NCBI GenBank assembly: GCA_050015395.1
Contig: JBEKBM010000029.1
Coordinates: forward strand, 1-28,782
Reading direction: 5' to 3'
Length of the DNA stretch: 28,782 nt
From: Candidatus Bathyarchaeia archaeon
Lineage (GTDB): Archaea; Thermoproteota; Bathyarchaeia; Bathyarchaeales; Bathycorpusculaceae
The translations under genes were made by a program, and so were the position numbers. Below, piece after piece: positions 27,356 through 28,782 of the stretch. Below the pieces are notes generated by a model, which was not told where the DNA came from, did not search any database, and was given only the letters and a program-made list of their open reading frames with translations. Each line of letters begins with the position of its first letter. The first letter of the stretch is position 1.

Positions 27356-28393
27356 TTAACGACCTTCAAGTACCTCTTTTAGAAAATTTATCTGTTTTTT
27401 CTTTTCTTTATTAATCATTTCTAAATTGAGGACTGTTAATCCTTTTGTTATATCGCCAAGATTAACCCGATCAAGAATTAATCTTCTTTTGGTTTTACTA
27501 TATAATTTACAAGGCTTACCTAATGAGAGAGCAGCAACGCAAGCGTGAACTCTATCACTATGTAATTCTTTAGCATTACCATATAAAGTTAAGTAGTCTG
27601 TAGGATTATCTGAAACCATCAAATTATTTTTTTTGTATATTTTTTTTGCTCTGGAAACACTGAAGGGGTAAGCATAATGGCTGGTTCGAACAATATCACA
27701 GTCTAAATTGATTTTCGGCTCAGATTGGCTGTCGAAACAAAAAACGACGTATGACGGTATGTTCAGGTGAGGAGGGGAAAAATAATCACTAACAAAGTAA
27801 GCGGCATCAATACCATCATAGGAGTGTTGGGCAAATTCTTGGTAATTTTTAAATGATTGATGATCTCTTGAAATAAAGGCGTAAGGCTTAAGTTCCTTCA
27901 AGTAATTACCGACAATTTCAACTTCAGCTTTCGAGTAGGTAGCTCCACCAACAGCGTTAAGAATAATTTTGCGATTTTTTTCGGTATGATATTTTAATGA
28001 TCGTGAAAACAAACTCAATTGATTACTCAACACACATCCAGAAAGTACGACAAAATCAGCGTTTAACGTAAAACTCAGATCATAAAAATTATTCGTGTTC
28101 TTTACACTTTGAGTAAAAATTTTTTGATACAGATTCGGTGATATTCCATCACTTTGTTTTCCAAAAAAGTTTCTTATAAATGAAAATGAATCAGCATAAT
28201 ATCGAAAAACCTTTTGAGACCCACTAGTAGCCATAACATCAAGTAGCCTTCTGCCTAGACCGCCTAAAACGTTAATTCTCGCTTCGGGAGAAGCGGTTTT
28301 TAAAGATTGCAAGCTACCTAGATGAATAAATGTATTACCTATATTTGTAGGCCAATCTTCTAAGTAAATAATATCCATTTTGCCGAATATCAC
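27356..28393 (-). CDS. Polysaccharide pyruvyl transferase family protein
   Basis: NIGN, ISRD..S, DAAY and SDRVHACVAALSLGKP (the 'R.H..I.A...G.P' motif). Confidence 0.8.
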   Translation of the reverse strand: MIFGKMDIIYLEDWPTNIGNTFIHLGSLQSLKTASPEARINVLGGLGRRLLDVMATSGSQKVFRYYADSFSFIRNFFGKQSDGISPNLYQKIFTQSVKNTNNFYDLSFTLNADFVVLSGCVLSNQLSLFSRSLKYHTEKNRKIILNAVGGATYSKAEVEIVGNYLKELKPYAFISRDHQSFKNYQEFAQHSYDGIDAAYFVSDYFSPPHLNIPSYVVFCFDSQSEPKINLDCDIVRTSHYAYPFSVSRAKKIYKKNNLMVSDNPTDYLTLYGNAKELHSDRVHACVAALSLGKPCKLYSKTKRRLILDRVNLGDITKGLTVLNLEMINKEKKKQINFLKEVLEGR

Positions 28394-28782
28394 CTATTTT
28401 AGGGTAAACTCTTTACCTACTTGATTTCTATTTATTAATACTAATGTTTTTTTTAAAAAAGTTTCGCAAATGAGAGCAAGAAAGATATTTGTTTCCTATT
28501 TGTCTAGTCAAAATGTAAAACGATTGTAAGGGAGTAATAACAGCAAGTTAAGTTATAAAATACGACAACTTAGCTAATCATCAGACAATACGCTCTTACC
28601 AAAAAATTTAACAACCTATTGGAACTAACCCTTACTTCCAACAACAAATAATTAGCGCGCGCCAGTGCGTTGCTAATTTAGCATTTTTGTGTTTAGTTTC
28701 TGCTCATCTTGCGAGTAAGGTTATGGACCGTGCTTTTTCTACCCTGTTTAATCGAAATGCAGCAACTGCGTTGAGTAGCATA

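Noticed and set aside
1-28782. tRNA, rRNA or integrase marking a proviral att site
   Set aside because: None recognised by eye; tRNAscan-SE would be needed to exclude a tRNA firmly.

Overview
Archaeal accessory region, probably Bathyarchaeia (inferred from gene content, TTG/GTG starts and GGTGA-type SD sites). From left to right: (1) a decayed toxin-antitoxin stack; (2) a surface-glycan locus with a processive GT2, a GT4, two GT-C-like membrane proteins and three DUF3131 paralogues, two of which share a 93-bp near-identical inverted tract; (3) HD and MBL hydrolases; (4) a collapsed head-tail provirus that keeps an intact terminase pair and contains a candidate pseudoknotted RNA; (5) an AT-rich island; (6) about 250-bp direct repeats of an orphan cell-surface anchor enclosing TA genes and IS200/IS605 end remnants; (7) a flippase and a polysaccharide pyruvyl transferase. 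The AT-rich island is the best novelty candidate. It encodes a polyprenyl-synthase-fold enzyme that has lost its IPP-site motifs (ComQ-like), a 73-aa ComX/Nif11-leader-like peptide, an MFS exporter, an AsnRS-like ligase lacking the anticodon domain, and a divergent HTH-MinD-PadR operon with a 28-bp palindrome. I interpret it as a putative archaeal prenylated-peptide (quorum-sensing/RiPP) system. All calls come from reading motifs by eye; no searches were run.
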